Shown here: one piece after another, positions 61,860-64,000 of the stretch
Position numbering within the stretch: position 1 is the first letter of the stretch
Layout: each line of letters starts with the position of its first letter
Assembly: GCF_006345805.1 (NCBI RefSeq)
Contig: NC_043011.1
Coordinates: forward strand, 14,272,464-14,336,463
DNA from: Octopus sinensis
Taxonomy: Eukaryota
Length of the DNA: 64,000 nt
Direction of reading: 5' to 3'
Program-made: the position numbers and the translations under genes
The notes under the pieces: generated by a model
Database searches by the model: none
What the model was told of the DNA's origin: nothing
The model's input: only the letters and a program-made list of their open reading frames with translations

Positions 61860-63020
61860 AAAATCGGTGTGTGTTTGTTTGTGGCGTTGTTAGCTAACTC
61901 CTCTTACATCCTTTAATCAATTTTGATGAAACTTGACACATGAGTAGAATTCATGTCTGGAAACCTCATGACATACTAAGATTGTTGAAAAACGCGATAA
62001 TGCAGCATATGGACGGGATCTTTATATCTACCTGATATAACCAATTTTAAAAAAAAAACACCCAAGGGAAATAACCCATAGCACATACACTTATAATTGT
62101 TAGTTTTTAGGGAAGCTATCTATATTTGATTCTCACGATCAGTGGACCTAATTCTGCATTTCACTACTCACAGTTTTCAACAGCTAAACCTTAATATTGC
62201 CTTTTCTTGATGAATGTACACTTTCAAGGCCCATAACTCCGATAATTTTGCATTTTTCCAGTTAAAATTTTTTGATGACACTACATAAATTTTTGATTCC
62301 AGAACGTATTTAATAAGTGTGTCCCAATACAATGAACTCATACTTTTAATGCCTAACATTCTTTAAAAAATGAAACCAAACTTCCACACCACATTGACTT
62401 GGGACATCCTGTATCAGTTATACTTATTTTACAAATCATAATATTTATTGCTTATCTATAGTTCATATAACATTTTCTTGAAACTAATTGAGCCATCGAA
62501 TTTAGAAATATTTTACAGGTTTCATTGTTTATGTTCAATTACTTTGATTATTGATTTTTTGTGTGTCTAATTTCTAATTTTTGCAGACAACATCACTTTT
62601 ATACTTTATTTGACACGTGAGTAGAACTCATATCTGGAAACCTCGTGAAATACTTAGATTGTTGAAAAAAAATCAATAATAGGGCCTTTCCAATGGATCC
62701 TTATATCTATTACATATTACTAATATTTTATTTAAACAACCCAAGGGAAATAACTCATACCACCGGCAGTTTTTAGCGAAGCGATCAATATTTGATTCTC
62801 ACAATCAGCCAACCTAATTCTGCATTTCACTACTCACAGCTCTGAACTGCTAAACATTATTATTGCACCTCCTTGATTTGAAACTTAAACCTTAAAGACT
62901 TCATTCATACATTTCTATACATACATACTTTTTTGAATGCCCATTACTCGGATAATTCTGCATTTTTCAGTTACACTTTTTTCATGACAGTAGATAAATT
63001 TTTTATTCCACAACGTATTT
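61860..63020. repeat. Diverged tandem duplication of a ~380-410-bp unit
   Basis: 61933-62310 vs 62611-63020 share TTGACAC.TGAGTAGAA, CCCAAGGGAAATAAC, CCTAATTCTGCATTTCACTACTCACAG. Confidence 0.8.
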
Positions 63021-64000
63021 GTAGTGGTTTCATGCAGGCATAGTGTGGATTCAGTCCTTGATTGCCAAATTTCTCTTAACACATCAGCAGTGCTTTTCTC
63101 ACAGTAAAACATTAGTTTTTCTGTGAATGACAGCAGTTATACATTTCCCAGATGTCTTTGCTAAGCATAATAATGTCTTTGTCACTTGACCCTTCTAACC
63201 TCTTCTAGGCCACCGGAGGCTGGAATGGAGAAAACAGACCTCCAACGAAATCATTTCTTCTCAACAATATGTCAATCCTTCTGGTTACTTTTTGTGACAG
63301 TTATAACAAAATTGGTTTCTTATATTAGAGTAATAAGACATTTCAATAGAACATCTTTATCCCCATGAATTACTGGGTACACATTTTTCACACATAATTG
63401 CTTGGTAAATTAATAACGGTGGGGAACATGGCTTTTGTTGTCAGGTATTAGAGACATGTATCCTAATTAATTTTCAAGTGCTGATTTCAAAAATGGAACC
63501 CATTTTGCTCTATCATGTCAAAATTCTTCACAAACTCAAATGTCCATTTTCAACATATCTAGTATTGTCACCATTTCTAAAGAGCTGTGCAAAACTTTGA
63601 AAATCTAGTTTTTCAATATCATTTCAAGTAATTACTATGACAAAAGTAAAAATAAAAGTCATGATTTGAGTACCTTCAGTAAATAAAAAGCACCAAACTT
63701 AAACAACTGTTACTATTTTCAATGTAACCAGTTTTAAATGTCATGATGATGACAGAAATACCCTTTATACAATTAGATGTTAGTAAACAACACATTTCTG
63801 TGGTCCATATTTGTGGAATTTGTCTGCAGATATGACCACGCCAAGCTTGATTTAGAACTGTATTTGCAAACCAGTTTTGCTGAACCTCTAACTATTTCTT
63901 ATGAAAATTGGTATTTTGAACGTGCTCTTAATGTTTTAATTGTGGGGTCACATGGGCTAAGATCACTTTCTGTCAAGCATTGTCAAAGAACAGTAGAAAT

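Overview
AT-rich, repeat-saturated eukaryotic DNA. The SINE/LINE families and microsatellite load resemble an octopod cephalopod (Octopus) genome; this is from recognition and is unverified. No intact protein-coding gene, rRNA, true tRNA or CRISPR array could be supported, so the window looks intronic or intergenic. It contains: four decayed mariner transposons; many R4/Dong-like (restriction-endonuclease) LINE fragments, some sitting in (TAA)n; RTE LINE fragments; two Penelope-like GIY-YIG remnants; at least five tRNA-derived SINE families; and large simple or complex satellites. The two ~2000-aa ORFs are artefacts of a 6-kb GGT/GCT/GAT satellite. Main observations: (1) several type-I hammerhead-ribozyme folds in short TA-microsatellite-flanked repeats (best at 18003-18074 minus and 38393-38454 plus), three of which share an unusual U-U at the base of stem II; (2) a family of non-autonomous DNA transposons with GGATC termini and 8-bp TSDs (4 copies) that carry TTAGGG telomere-like repeats; (3) a 1.7-kb TSD-bounded ORF1-only (half-LINE-like) retroelement nested in a mariner whose other terminal repeat is present in five tandem copies; (4) satellites arising inside RTE 3' ends; (5) many long inverted repeats. 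Coordinates of decayed repeats are approximate (about +/-20 bp) unless TSDs are quoted.
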